IMG/VR virus record: IMGVR_UViG_3300037311_000355
DNA: 64,000 nt
DNA from: a virus
Reading direction: 5' to 3' (one strand)
The notes below the pieces were generated by a model. The model made no database searches. It saw nothing but the letters and a program-made list of their open reading frames with translations, and had not been told where the DNA came from. Below are positions 52,454-62,400 of the stretch, one piece after another. The translations under genes and the position numbers were made by a program. The number at the start of each line of letters is the position of its first letter. Position 1 is the first letter of the stretch.

Positions 52454-53449
52454 TCAAAGATTGTCTTCGTCGCTGCCGTCGGAGGTTACCCATACCTGGT
52501 CTTCAGACAACTCCGGCACGGAATCCAGGTTTGACAGGATCTTTACTGAGGCGCCGCCGTAGCAATCCTCGTTGGCAACCACAGACTCTATGACCCGGTA
52601 CGGGGTTTTAAGCCAGCTTTGCTCCGCGACTCCGGAAAGCGTGACGTAACGACTAAAGACGCGGTCGGCACCCGGGCTGTCAACGTGTTGGTTTACCACC
52701 ATGTCAGAGCTGGAAATCGAAGACCTGTCGAGTCCGTTTTGTTCAAGCAGACCCTCTCTATACCTGAGAAGGATAAAAACAACGATTTGATGTAACCAAA
52801 GCAGCGCAGACGCGTCGCCCTGTACGTGACAGCCTATGGAATACGATTCGTTAAAAAAAGCGCGCTCTCGCCTGGTACGATAGATTTGGTACTGAGGCAC
52901 CACGGCCAGTTTTGACGCCGCAAGCTCGGCACCGGCTTCGATAAACACCGAAGAGTCGCTTTTTGACTCCACAACGTACCCGTTGCCGTTTGACGGATCC
53001 ACGACAACCATACCGGGCTCCACGACATCCGAAGACACGCCGTCTGGGAGACCGATTTCTCCGGTGTCGCCGTTGTAAAACGCAGGTACGAAAGGTTTGA
53101 CAATGTATGGAATAGGCCTACCTATAGCCGACGGCATGACATCCTCGACCTCGGTACTAAGATCTGAGTTTGTTTTTAAATCCAGGTCTTCGCTGCTGTT
53201 GCCCAACGCAATAGTAACGCAGGGGTACTCGTCTTTGTCGTTTCTGTACCTGAGCAAAACATCTATTTTGTTGTTTTGAATCCATTCCTTACACCGATCG
53301 ATCTCTTTTTGTCCGTATTTTTCCCTCATAAAGGGGTTTTTCACAAAAGCCGACATCATGTCGTCGATTAGCCACGGCTGTTTTTTCAGGTCTTCGAGAC
53401 CGAGTTCGATGCACTGTTTTATGACAACGTCGCCGAAAAAGAAGCTCAT
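52454..53449 (-). CDS. tail completion/terminator-like protein
   Basis: EYPCVTIALG, YSIGCH, WL..IV.FILLRY, FSRYVTL; upstream of the sheath. Confidence 0.6.
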   Translation of the reverse strand: MSFFFGDVVIKQCIELGLEDLKKQPWLIDDMMSAFVKNPFMREKYGQKEIDRCKEWIQNNKIDVLLRYRNDKDEYPCVTIALGNSSEDLDLKTNSDLSTEVEDVMPSAIGRPIPYIVKPFVPAFYNGDTGEIGLPDGVSSDVVEPGMVVVDPSNGNGYVVESKSDSSVFIEAGAELAASKLAVVPQYQIYRTRRERAFFNESYSIGCHVQGDASALLWLHQIVVFILLRYREGLLEQNGLDRSSISSSDMVVNQHVDSPGADRVFSRYVTLSGVAEQSWLKTPYRVIESVVANEDCYGGASVKILSNLDSVPELSEDQVWVTSDGSDEDNL

Positions 53450-54192
53450 TCAAACCTCGCCATAACAGCCGGAAGCACCTCGGACTCCCAGGTTTGTTCC
53501 GCCCACTGCAGTGCCCTGCCAAGAAAGTCTTTGGGTTGCAAACCGGGGTGGTGCCACTTGTCCATGCGTTTTTCGCTGATAACCCTAAACGTAAGAATGT
53601 CGCGTCTCACGCCACCCGAGGGGGTTTTGGTTTGATATATGGTGACCCCGCTAAGCGCGGGGTGACTAGCTTTTTGACTGGGCTCCGGACTGCTGAAATT
53701 AAATCTGTGCAGCGCACCCAGCCTTGGGCTGCCATCGGCGTTGTATTCGATCTTTTTGAAAGGCACGCCGGCTTTTTTAAGCTCAGATCTTATCTTGGCT
53801 TTCATGCCCTGGGCAAAACCAGACATTTGGGAATCCGGTTTGCTGTGCTCGAAGGGAATCGCGCGATAGCGGTGACCGTCTTTGGACACCTTGGCCCCGT
53901 TTTTAAGCAGGTCTTCGTGCATGGGCCCGGCTTTGCGACCGTCTTCGATAAATAGCGCGGGTTCGTCGACGCTCACCACCCAAATGCCTGAGCTGATTTC
54001 TTCAAAACCCAGGTTATCTAGGAATTTCTTGCGCGTCGACGACAGCTCTTTGTTAGCGGTCTCCACGACATGGGCGTGAGTCATGGCTGCCAACGACTTC
54101 ACGGCCTCATCTAATGCGGCCTTGACCTCGTTTTTAAACTCGCCCATTTCTGAGACAAAAGCTTCGGTATTGAAGAAAAACCTTAATGACAT
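53446..54192 (-). CDS. neck/tail-completion protein (HK97 gp10-like fold)
   Basis: A.FIEDG...GPM...LL, TFRVIS....KW.HPG....FL.RA. Confidence 0.6.
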   Translation of the reverse strand: MSLRFFFNTEAFVSEMGEFKNEVKAALDEAVKSLAAMTHAHVVETANKELSSTRKKFLDNLGFEEISSGIWVVSVDEPALFIEDGRKAGPMHEDLLKNGAKVSKDGHRYRAIPFEHSKPDSQMSGFAQGMKAKIRSELKKAGVPFKKIEYNADGSPRLGALHRFNFSSPEPSQKASHPALSGVTIYQTKTPSGGVRRDILTFRVISEKRMDKWHHPGLQPKDFLGRALQWAEQTWESEVLPAVMARFE

Positions 54193-54395
54193 CAGTACCT
54201 TTCGTGCGTGAGATCGCCGCCGGAATCCAAGGCCACGCCTTTTTTTCTATCGATCCACTTACGTCTTCCGGTTTGGTTGTCGACGACGATTTGCAAACCC
54301 TCGTACGTTATCGCACCCTCGGGAAGGGGTTTTTTGGCCACATGCGCTGTGCTTTGTCGAGTCGGAAGACGGGCCTTTTCAACCGACTCTAGGCT
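54192..54395 (-). CDS. 67-aa C-terminal extension reached by -1 frameshift from 54389..55624
   Basis: Open -1 frame SLESVEKARLPTRQSTAHVAKK...HERY with no start codon of its own; its TGA overlaps the next ATG. Confidence 0.7.
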   Translation of the reverse strand, partial: SLESVEKARLPTRQSTAHVAKKPLPEGAITYEGLQIVVDNQTGRRKWIDRKKGVALDSGGDLTHERY

Positions 54396-54401
54396 TTTGG
54401 G
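54359..54401 (-). promoter_or_regulatory. -1 programmed ribosomal frameshift cassette
   Basis: Slippery C-CCA-AAA (54401-54395), 5-nt spacer, GAGTCGG/CCGACTC stem (54389-54383 / 54365-54359). Confidence 0.7.
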
Positions 54402-55624
54402 AGCGATTGGCCCCCGGAATCGGATTGCCCGCCTTCTTGGGCGCCAAGCTCTTTGGCCATGGCGACCATGGTTTGCAACATGGCAATCACGCTTTTATAC
54501 GCATCTGGAGCCGCGGTTTTCATTTCGTCAATAACTGACTTGTTTTGTTTGAACTGCTCCAGGATTTGCGCGATTTTTTGTCGCAACTCGTCTGGGGTAG
54601 CAGAGCTTTCCAGCATTTCCTGCAAGGCGTAAAACTCCTCGCTTGGCCCGCCGTCTTCCGGCGCGCCCTGGTTTTCCGCGTCGCCGCCGACGGCGCCGGG
54701 ATCCGAGATGTCAGGAGACTCCTGGGCTTCAGGGGCTTGCATTTCGGGTTCCGGTGATTTTTCCGCGGTTTCCGTGTTTTGCTCTTCTTCGTTGGCGTCA
54801 ACGAATTTATCAGATTCCGGGATTTCAATTGCGCCGTCTTCGTTGGAACCACTGTGGTCGCCGCCGACATCCTCATCTTCGCTGTCTTCGGACTGCTCGT
54901 CTTCGCCTAAGATCTCATCTACGTGAGACTGCGTGCTGTGTTCGGCGCTTTTTTCTGATTCGCTTTCGTCAAAGCTGTCTTCTGTAGTCGGCGATTCAAA
55001 ACCCGGAGACCACTCGTTTTCGTCGTCGGCGTCGATTTCCGGCGGCATCTCGGTATGAGTTGGCCCCTCGTCGCGGTAGTCCTGCATTGAGTCGCCGTCA
55101 AATTCGCCGATGCCATCGGATTCCGAACGCCAGTGGTCGTCGCCCTCGATCTCATCGTCGGAATCCCCCATGACGTGATCGAGGTAGTGCTCGTTAATCT
55201 TATTTTCTTCCTCGGTACCGTCTTGGTGATTATGTGCGGCGTGAAGCGCGTCTTCGACTTCGTGGCTGTATGCCATGGACTGGTTTTTACCCGAAAGCTT
55301 GCCCGCCAACAAAGATTTGCCAGCCTGGCTAAGAGTTAGCCCGTGACCGACAGTAACCGTAATGCCGCCTGAGGCGTCTGTGAATTTCTGCCTTAGGTCT
55401 TCGATTTCTTCGCGATGCCTGGGATCCAGCATTGCCGTCATTTCATCGCCGCCACTGCTGATAACCGTGCCGCCGCGCTGGGTAACCCAGGAAATCGCGG
55501 CCTGAAGCCCGAGCCCGATGTGTTTGGAAACCGAATGCAGTGCCTCTACGTCGTCCATGAGAACCGCTTGCCCCACCTTGCCTCCGGCGTTATCAGCGTC
55601 TAGTGCGATAAAAAGTTTATTCAT
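54389..55624 (-). CDS. mCpol-like (minimal CRISPR polymerase / nucleotide cyclase palm) domain + long acidic linker + helical domain
   Basis: N-terminal FIALDADNAG...VISSGGDE...TVTVGHG...A.KSLL.GK..GKN; Asp/Glu-rich middle region. Confidence 0.7.
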   Translation of the reverse strand: MNKLFIALDADNAGGKVGQAVLMDDVEALHSVSKHIGLGLQAAISWVTQRGGTVISSGGDEMTAMLDPRHREEIEDLRQKFTDASGGITVTVGHGLTLSQAGKSLLAGKLSGKNQSMAYSHEVEDALHAAHNHQDGTEEENKINEHYLDHVMGDSDDEIEGDDHWRSESDGIGEFDGDSMQDYRDEGPTHTEMPPEIDADDENEWSPGFESPTTEDSFDESESEKSAEHSTQSHVDEILGEDEQSEDSEDEDVGGDHSGSNEDGAIEIPESDKFVDANEEEQNTETAEKSPEPEMQAPEAQESPDISDPGAVGGDAENQGAPEDGGPSEEFYALQEMLESSATPDELRQKIAQILEQFKQNKSVIDEMKTAAPDAYKSVIAMLQTMVAMAKELGAQEGGQSDSGGQSLPKA

Positions 55625-56435
55625 AACGTCTCCTGGCTTTTTTGTCTCTTAGTGTCGCAAGCAACAATTCTATGTTTTCCTGATCCCAGCTCTTGGGGAA
55701 ACTAAACGCCACCCCGGTTTCCGTTTTTCTGATGTAAATCTTTGCGTTGCGGTCGTCTCCCAAACACACGCATCCCGAAAACCCGCTTTGAGCAAAAACA
55801 CACATGCCGCAGTCCGGGCATTGCACGGATTCGTTTTTGGCAATCTCCACCTTAAACTCGGGTTTCCTACGGTTTACAAACGACTTAAGCTTGAGTTCGT
55901 TTTTTTTGCCCGCGGCGGCTATTTTTTCTTCCACCAAAGCCTCGATTTGAGACTTTTGTTCCATTTTTTGTTCAACCGCAGTGGCTACTATGGCCTCCAG
56001 TGCCGGCGATAGCTCAGCGCCTTCGGTTTTTTTAGGCGACGGCAGCTGTGAGTTTATGGCGTCGATGTCATAGAGTTCAAAAGTGGTCATTATAACCAAC
56101 CCCACGCCGGGCATGCTGCGGTTCCTAAAAGTTGCCAGCGACTTGCCCTCCTGGGAAATGGATCCGCTATAGACGTCGTTGGCGTGTTTGGTTACGGCAA
56201 GGACGGCCTTGGGCTCGACGGGAAGCTCTATGTCTTTGCCGGAATCCGACTCCATGCCCTGGAGTTCTTTTTGCAGAAGCGCAAGCACGGCTTTGGGCAC
56301 GATTTGAAGCGCGGTCTTAATCTCTTCGTGGTCGACAACAGTGTTTGTCTGTTGTTTCCAAACCTCGAACTTTTTAAGACTGTCTTCGCCAAATACGGCG
56401 GCGGCGAATTTTAGCGCGGAACCGATGTCACGCAT
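55617..56435 (-). CDS. hypothetical protein with C-terminal zinc ribbon
   Basis: CPDCG...CVC; coupled to both neighbours. Confidence 0.7.
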   Translation of the reverse strand: MRDIGSALKFAAAVFGEDSLKKFEVWKQQTNTVVDHEEIKTALQIVPKAVLALLQKELQGMESDSGKDIELPVEPKAVLAVTKHANDVYSGSISQEGKSLATFRNRSMPGVGLVIMTTFELYDIDAINSQLPSPKKTEGAELSPALEAIVATAVEQKMEQKSQIEALVEEKIAAAGKKNELKLKSFVNRRKPEFKVEIAKNESVQCPDCGMCVFAQSGFSGCVCLGDDRNAKIYIRKTETGVAFSFPKSWDQENIELLLATLRDKKARRRYE

Positions 56436-56896
56436 TACGCACCCGACTGTCTCTGGTTTGTTATGTAGGATTCGTCAAAAATTTCAAATACCTGAAGCGC
56501 GACGTTGTTTGTGATAACGTATTGCTTGTCGTAGGAGTTCAGATACGTCCAGGAAAGCGGCGCACACGGCACGCCAACCTCTCCGGTGATGGGATCCGTG
56601 ACCCCCGATGCCAACGCAGTGCCTGTGGAAGCGCCGCGAATCGTAGCCGCATATACGGTTGTGGCATTGGTGTTAAAAATCGCCAGTGCCGTACCGCGAC
56701 GCATGGCACGAATAGTGGTGGCGTCGGTGGTAAATCCGCTTGCGCCGTCGTTGAGAGGCACGAGATGCGGACCCACGGAAAGCTGCTTTTGAGCGCCTGC
56801 GGGTTCGTTGTACGTAATATTGTCAATGTCTCCGGAGCCGTTGGCGTCACGGTCCTTGATCTGACGAAAGATTTTAAACGGTTTTTGAACGGACAT
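56435..56896 (-). CDS. virion-associated hypothetical protein
   Basis: AGGAG SD before the ATG at 56896; late motif at 56916-56923. Confidence 0.7.
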   Translation of the reverse strand: MSVQKPFKIFRQIKDRDANGSGDIDNITYNEPAGAQKQLSVGPHLVPLNDGASGFTTDATTIRAMRRGTALAIFNTNATTVYAATIRGASTGTALASGVTDPITGEVGVPCAPLSWTYLNSYDKQYVITNNVALQVFEIFDESYITNQRQSGA

Positions 56897-56975
56897 ACGC
56901 ACTCCTATATAAGACAAAGATTGTCGGCGCTAAGGCAAAAACCACGTTTTCTTTAATTAAAACAAGCAATTGCGT

Positions 56976-57899
56976 CTACTCTGACTCAAAATCAGCGACA
57001 TTTACTTTTATCGGAGGCTGGGCTTGTGTGGGGCCTATTTGAGCCTCGGGTTTTTGCGCAACCCTGTTGTCTGCGGCCGGCGGAGCATCGGAGGCCTTGG
57101 GGGCGTTGACACGGTTATGGTACACGTATTCGCGTTGCACCACGGCGTGGTAGGGCATGCGTTGCGGGGCTCTGCTGCCGCCGTCGGTGACGTTGGAAAT
57201 CCTGATTTCATTGGGAATAGACACCACGTACCAAAACGCGCGATAGAGGTAACGCACGGCGTAGACGCGCCCCGCACGGGTTTCGGGATCGATTCCCGGA
57301 TTGCTACCCGAAGACAACCAGCTGATATCGCCGTCGGCGGTTATGCAAAAATCCACACCCTCTTGGTAATCCAGGCCCCTGCTGTCTTTTACGGATTCAA
57401 TTTTTTCAATGGGAAACATAGGCCGGTTTGGCACCCCGGGCACGTAATCCATTCTATGATAGTTGGCAACCAACACGTCGGCGTCTTGGTCTTTGATGTA
57501 GACCCGGTCTCCGACCTGCATGTAAATCCTGTCTCCGTCGGCGACTCCGGATCCGGTGTCGTAAAACCTGGGCATAATCAGCCGCGCCGTGGAGTTGTCT
57601 AATAGCCCAGAATCGCCCCAGGACTTCGAATTTGAATTCCCTACCAGAGTAGCGGTAAAACACCCGGCCTCGGAGTACGTCATGCCGTTTGAAGTGTTTT
57701 CATCTAAGGCGTCGGGCCTGCGGTAGTCGCCGCGGTCTTTGAGGCCCAAAACCGAAGGCATGGCCTTGTAATGACGAAAAGCCACACCCAGTCCCGTGAC
57801 AAACTGATCTTGTTTGTCCAAGTTAAAACTTGGCTGAAAGAGATCGCCGGGTCTGGCGATGGTGTCTATTTGGTTGCCCCTAGGCGTTCTTTTCGGCAT
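56976..57899 (-). CDS. neck / head-closure protein
   Basis: FD..V..LG..F.HYKAMP pattern, YxEGVDF and ...Y.VRY.YRAFWYV; position in the neck cluster. Confidence 0.6.
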   Translation of the reverse strand: MPKRTPRGNQIDTIARPGDLFQPSFNLDKQDQFVTGLGVAFRHYKAMPSVLGLKDRGDYRRPDALDENTSNGMTYSEAGCFTATLVGNSNSKSWGDSGLLDNSTARLIMPRFYDTGSGVADGDRIYMQVGDRVYIKDQDADVLVANYHRMDYVPGVPNRPMFPIEKIESVKDSRGLDYQEGVDFCITADGDISWLSSGSNPGIDPETRAGRVYAVRYLYRAFWYVVSIPNEIRISNVTDGGSRAPQRMPYHAVVQREYVYHNRVNAPKASDAPPAADNRVAQKPEAQIGPTQAQPPIKVNVADFESE

Positions 57900-58164
57900 T
57901 GGCTTTTAAATCGCAAATCAGCGATTGTATTTTTTCTTCGATATCAGCGGCGCCTTGTGCCGCGGTTTTAACCAGCCACGCGTATGCCGCGGTTTTGCAC
58001 ACCCTTTGTGCTCTGTTTTTAAGACGTCGGGACGCCAGGGTTGGTCTGCATTTGAAGTCAAAAACCGGGGGCTCAAAAACCTCTAGCCTTAGTCTGTGTT
58101 CGTATTCCGCGAGGCGCCTGGCAAACGCACCGCTTTCCACGTCGGCGTCGGTTACGGCTATCAT
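57880..58164 (-). CDS. hypothetical protein
   Basis: Start revised to the ATG at 58164 (ATGA overlap with the upstream stop). Confidence 0.55.
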   Translation of the reverse strand: MIAVTDADVESGAFARRLAEYEHRLRLEVFEPPVFDFKCRPTLASRRLKNRAQRVCKTAAYAWLVKTAAQGAADIEEKIQSLICDLKANAEKNA

Positions 58165-58706
58165 TTGACGACCTCTGAGGCTTTGACGACGTTTTCTCTG
58201 ACTCTCACGTACTCGCACCCCTCTTCTAGGGCGCGGGCGGCGGCAATGTGAGCTATGGCTTGAGAGGCGATATTTGACTCCGAACCCAGGGCGTCGATGT
58301 TTGTAGGCACGTCTAGTTTTAGCTCGTTTAGCAGAATTTCTGCGCCGTATCTGAGCCTCTCAACGCCGGATTTCGTGAGTACGAACTCGATTTCAGAGTT
58401 CTTCTTAAGACTGTATAGCGCGTATCCGTTTTTCTGTGCTTCGGCGGCCAACATGTAGGAGTGTTCGCGAACCTCTTTGTCTTCGGTTTCCGACTTCATA
58501 ATATAAGGCTGAAAACCGCGAAAGTTTTTTTCCACGTTGTATCTTACAATGGCGGGATGGCTGCCGGCGGCCAGCGCTTCTTCAGTGCCGCCTTGGCTTC
58601 CGATGGCGATGCAAAGCCCGCCTTTTAGTCTAGCCATTTTAACCGGCTTTCCGTTGAGTTCTCCGATTTCGTCGATGGACTCGACTTCCGATGGTACGAT
58701 TTGCAT
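58161..58706 (-). CDS. head-associated hypothetical protein (IMKSE linker motif)
   Basis: GAGG SD; late motif at 58721-58728. Confidence 0.7.
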   Translation of the reverse strand: MQIVPSEVESIDEIGELNGKPVKMARLKGGLCIAIGSQGGTEEALAAGSHPAIVRYNVEKNFRGFQPYIMKSETEDKEVREHSYMLAAEAQKNGYALYSLKKNSEIEFVLTKSGVERLRYGAEILLNELKLDVPTNIDALGSESNIASQAIAHIAAARALEEGCEYVRVRENVVKASEVVK

Positions 58707-58719
58707 GTTTACCTCTTAT

Positions 58720-59430
58720 CTAAGATTGTCGCGGCGTTACGTCGTGTTCTTCTCCGACGTCTACGGCGTCGTATAGGGCGACTACGTGCGGGAGCGTGGG
58801 GTGGCCGCTGTTATAAAACCCCTTGTATCCCGCGGACTTAAGTCTTTCGTGGACGTCGTCGATGTTTAGCGCGCCATGGGAGGCTTGCATTGAGACCCTG
58901 ACATGAGACTCGGGATCCGTGCCCAGATCATAGAGTTTATGCGTGGCGGGAAGCCGTACCTTGTATTTCGACCGCGAGCCCTGCGCGACCAGCGACTCCG
59001 GTGTCGTGCCCTCGCGGTAGAAAAACGTGTGCGGATGCCAGGTGTCGCGTCTCGCCGAGCGATCAACGCCGGTGCCCTTGAATCTGGGGTCGATTTGTTT
59101 CAGGCCTTGTTTGGGTGAGTAGTGTTCCAGCCTGATCTCTTCAGACTTTTCAAAGTCGAAATTATGCGAGAAATGCTCGCCGCTGGGAAGCGTGGAAAAC
59201 ATATCTTTGGGCGCTTGGCTGTAAAATTGCGTTCCCGAGCCGCGGACGATGGTCCCGGCTTTGGGTCCGTGATTGAAAACCATTTTGTGCGCGACGCCGT
59301 CGCTTTCGATGTGCGATTCCTGACCCGTGGTATGAGCAAGACGTCTAATGGCTGCCAATTGCTGCTTTGAGGGTCGGGAAACCAATATCGAGCGTTCCGG
59401 AGATCCGTAGTGTCCGCTAATCGAATGCAC
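58720..59430 (-). CDS. probable C-terminal continuation of the polyvalent protein; contains an ART-like domain
   Basis: Only a GTG start, 3 nt after the G9 run; HSISGHYGSPERSILV completes the domain begun upstream; LEHYSP...GTG...TFFY...LKSAGYKG is ART-like. Confidence 0.7.
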   Translation of the reverse strand: MHSISGHYGSPERSILVSRPSKQQLAAIRRLAHTTGQESHIESDGVAHKMVFNHGPKAGTIVRGSGTQFYSQAPKDMFSTLPSGEHFSHNFDFEKSEEIRLEHYSPKQGLKQIDPRFKGTGVDRSARRDTWHPHTFFYREGTTPESLVAQGSRSKYKVRLPATHKLYDLGTDPESHVRVSMQASHGALNIDDVHERLKSAGYKGFYNSGHPTLPHVVALYDAVDVGEEHDVTPRQS

Positions 59431-62400
59431 GTCCCCCCCCCTTAATAGCGCGTAGCGCAGCTATAGCGTCGTCGTGGGAGATTTGTTTTTTTATTTTGTC
59501 CGCATATGGCGAGTTTTCCACACTAAAAATGGCATGTGGGGCGCCCACGATGGGGTGCGAGACGCTTTTGTTTTCTGACTTTTTAATAGGCCTACGAGAT
59601 CGTAAAAAGTTTTGAGCAACGCGCTCCGCTTCTTCAGGGCTGGTAACCACCCCGGCACCGGCGTAGTTGTCAGAGGTATGTTCAATGCCGTTGTGAGTCA
59701 TTACCTGCTCATGAGTTAGATCATGGGCGTCCCACATATGAAGATGCCCGTTGGGGTCTCCAAAATAACGCATTGCTTCGGCCTTGGCTCCTTGAAACAG
59801 TTTTTTTGCCTGACCCGGGGAGGGGTTTTTATGAACCCTGTGGTTAAGTCCGGTTTCTACCGGAACCCTATATACGCTCTTATTAAGAGTTTCAACTTTT
59901 TTTACAGGCTTACCAAAGCCGCGGTTTTTTTGTCTCCACAGCGCTGCGCCCTCCTTGGACTGTGCTTCGAGATCGGGCACCATACGCAACCCGGTGCGCG
60001 ACTCCAGGCTTGCGTACATCGCCGACGCCAGGCCTTTTCTTTGGTGTTCAGGGTGTACGTCAACAATATTGGCTTGCATGGTGCCGTCACCGAGGTCTTC
60101 GGCGACGACGTGACCTACGACTCGCCCACTGCTATCCAGGGCTTGCATAGCGTGGGCGCCTGGCGTCGATTTGTCGTGCAAGATTTTATAGCCCTCGGAT
60201 TTCCAATCGCCCCTGGCGCCTTTTTTTATTTCAGATCCCTGTCTTGGAGCATAGGTGCCGTGTCTGACGAAATGATTAGCGTCGGCGTATCCGATTTCCG
60301 GCCTAGTTGGATGGGCGCTAGTCCCCTGAACTGGCGATCCATCGACGTGAGCGATTTCAAAATCCCGGGTCCAAAAACCAGCGCGATTGTTTTTGTCGTT
60401 TTGCGCGTCTGCGATTAAAGATCTAAGTTTTTGATGCGCGGGGTGTCTGCGGTTTAATAACACACTGGAGTGCCCTCTAACCGAGGGTTGTCCGGCCACG
60501 CCGACGGCAATCCAGCCCTCTTTTAATTTTGCATTCATGTGGGCGCCAAGTTCGCCCTCCGTCATGTAAATTCGGTCTTCGGGTCCTATTTTTAACGTCC
60601 GTCGCGCCAAAACGGTCGAGTGCGTTTCCCCAGGGTCCATGTGGCGGTATTTGCCTTCCGGCGAAATCCAGCCATGAATGGGATTAAGTCCGGTTTTATG
60701 TCGGAGGTTTTCCCACTGCTCTTTTTTAAGCGGATTTGTTTTTTTTGGCGCCTGTTTTTCCTTTTTATCCGGATAGTATTTGTCTATAAGCGCCCACATA
60801 CGCGCGGTTTCCCGGCGTTTTTTTTCAGCCCCTGCGTCTTTGGGGGCGCCGCCGTCTGCGCTTGCGGATTTCTTAACAGCCGGTCTTGTCACGTTTGGTT
60901 TTGATTGTTTTTTGCCCGACATCGCGGCTTCGGCGGCACGCACAGCTGCGTCTATGGCCCTGCCGTGCTCGGACCTAGCCTTTTGGTCTTCTTTTGCCGT
61001 CCTGGGTCGCTGCATGCGCAGCTCAGCTAGTTTTTTATCCGTCCAGGACTTGTAAAGCAATGCCAGGCTTTCGCTGGCCGCCAGTCTTTGATCCCCGGAT
61101 TCAGGCCTTAGCTCCAAGGCCGCGGCTGCCACGCGTTTCCAGCCGCGCTTCATGTCTTGAATCAGCGCACGGCTTTTGTTGGGATCCGAGTAACTGGGAT
61201 CCAGTTTTCCCGCGTGATATATAAATCGCTGTCTTTTTTCCGGATTTGACAGCACGTCTCGGGTTGTGTTTAAAACCTCTTGAACGTAGCCGGACTTCTC
61301 GGGTTTGTAACCCACCGTTGTCAAATAGTTGTGCATCGCGCTTTGATGTTCGGCGCTGAAGTGTTTGCCAATCAAATCCCGGAGCACGGCGTCGGCGTTG
61401 CCGTGACCGATTTTGTGGCCCAGGGCGTCCATGGCTTGGTGCCCGGCCTCGTGGGCCTGCGTGTATTCCAGGCGTTTCTGCGCCGACAGCCTGCCCTCGC
61501 TTTGGCCCGGATTTCTCACTTTGTTGTATTTGCCGCCGTAGGCGAAGGCCACGTCTTTGTCTTCGGATTCGCCCTGGATCTGTGCTCCACCTAATTTAGA
61601 GGGTGCGAAATTTCTTAGCACGCGCTTGACGTTTTGCTCGACACCGGCGTCGGTTAAAAACCTAGCCCTGGGGTGGTAGTTGATGACGCGCCTGGCCTGG
61701 ATCTCCCTTTGCCTAGGTGTGGTAACTATTGCCACCGAAGACGTTTTGTCGTCGATGCCGTAGCCGGGAAACCTAAGCCTGGGTTGAGATTTTTTTACAC
61801 CAAGCTTTTCCGTCCTAGTACCAGGCCTGCGCTGCCGACTGAGTATTTTCGCGTCTCTGGGGTCAAAAACCACGTAGTTGTGATGGTCGTCGTGTTGGTA
61901 TTTGATTCCTTTTATGCCTAGTTGGTGTAAATGCGCGCTGATTTCTTTATCCGACATATTTAGATAATGCCGGTGGCCGCCGTAAAACTCGCCGCCCTTG
62001 AGCTGCTCGCCGGTTAAAAACTGTCCGGGGCTTTTTGCCGCCCTGTCGTTGGCGTCGCGATACCCCTGCGTGCCGCGGATCGCGTCTCGGACCTTTTTAG
62101 GCTGCTTGGCTACCGGAAGATCCCAGTGCAGCATCTCGTGATCCGAGGGCCTGTCGACGCGATAGAGTCCGCCCTTGCCGGGATCTGACCTTAGATTGGC
62201 GTAGAAGCCGGCTTCGTTTTTGCTCGAACTCAAGTAAATTCCATGTCCTCTGCTGGTCCCGTGTTGGGAGCCCGCCTTGTCGGTGTCAAAAGATTCGAAG
62301 TCGTTTGGGCTGCCGTGGTAGGCCAACGGGGATTTGCGAAGCTCGCTTGCCGCCAAAGGCTTTGGTTTTTGTTGCTTAGCAGATTTGTAATTGGGGTGTT

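Noticed and set aside
54389-55624. Classical diguanylate cyclase (GGDEF) call
   Set aside because: The motif is GGDEM, the DxDxFKxxND guanine-binding segment is absent and the domain is too short; an mCpol-like minimal palm fits better.
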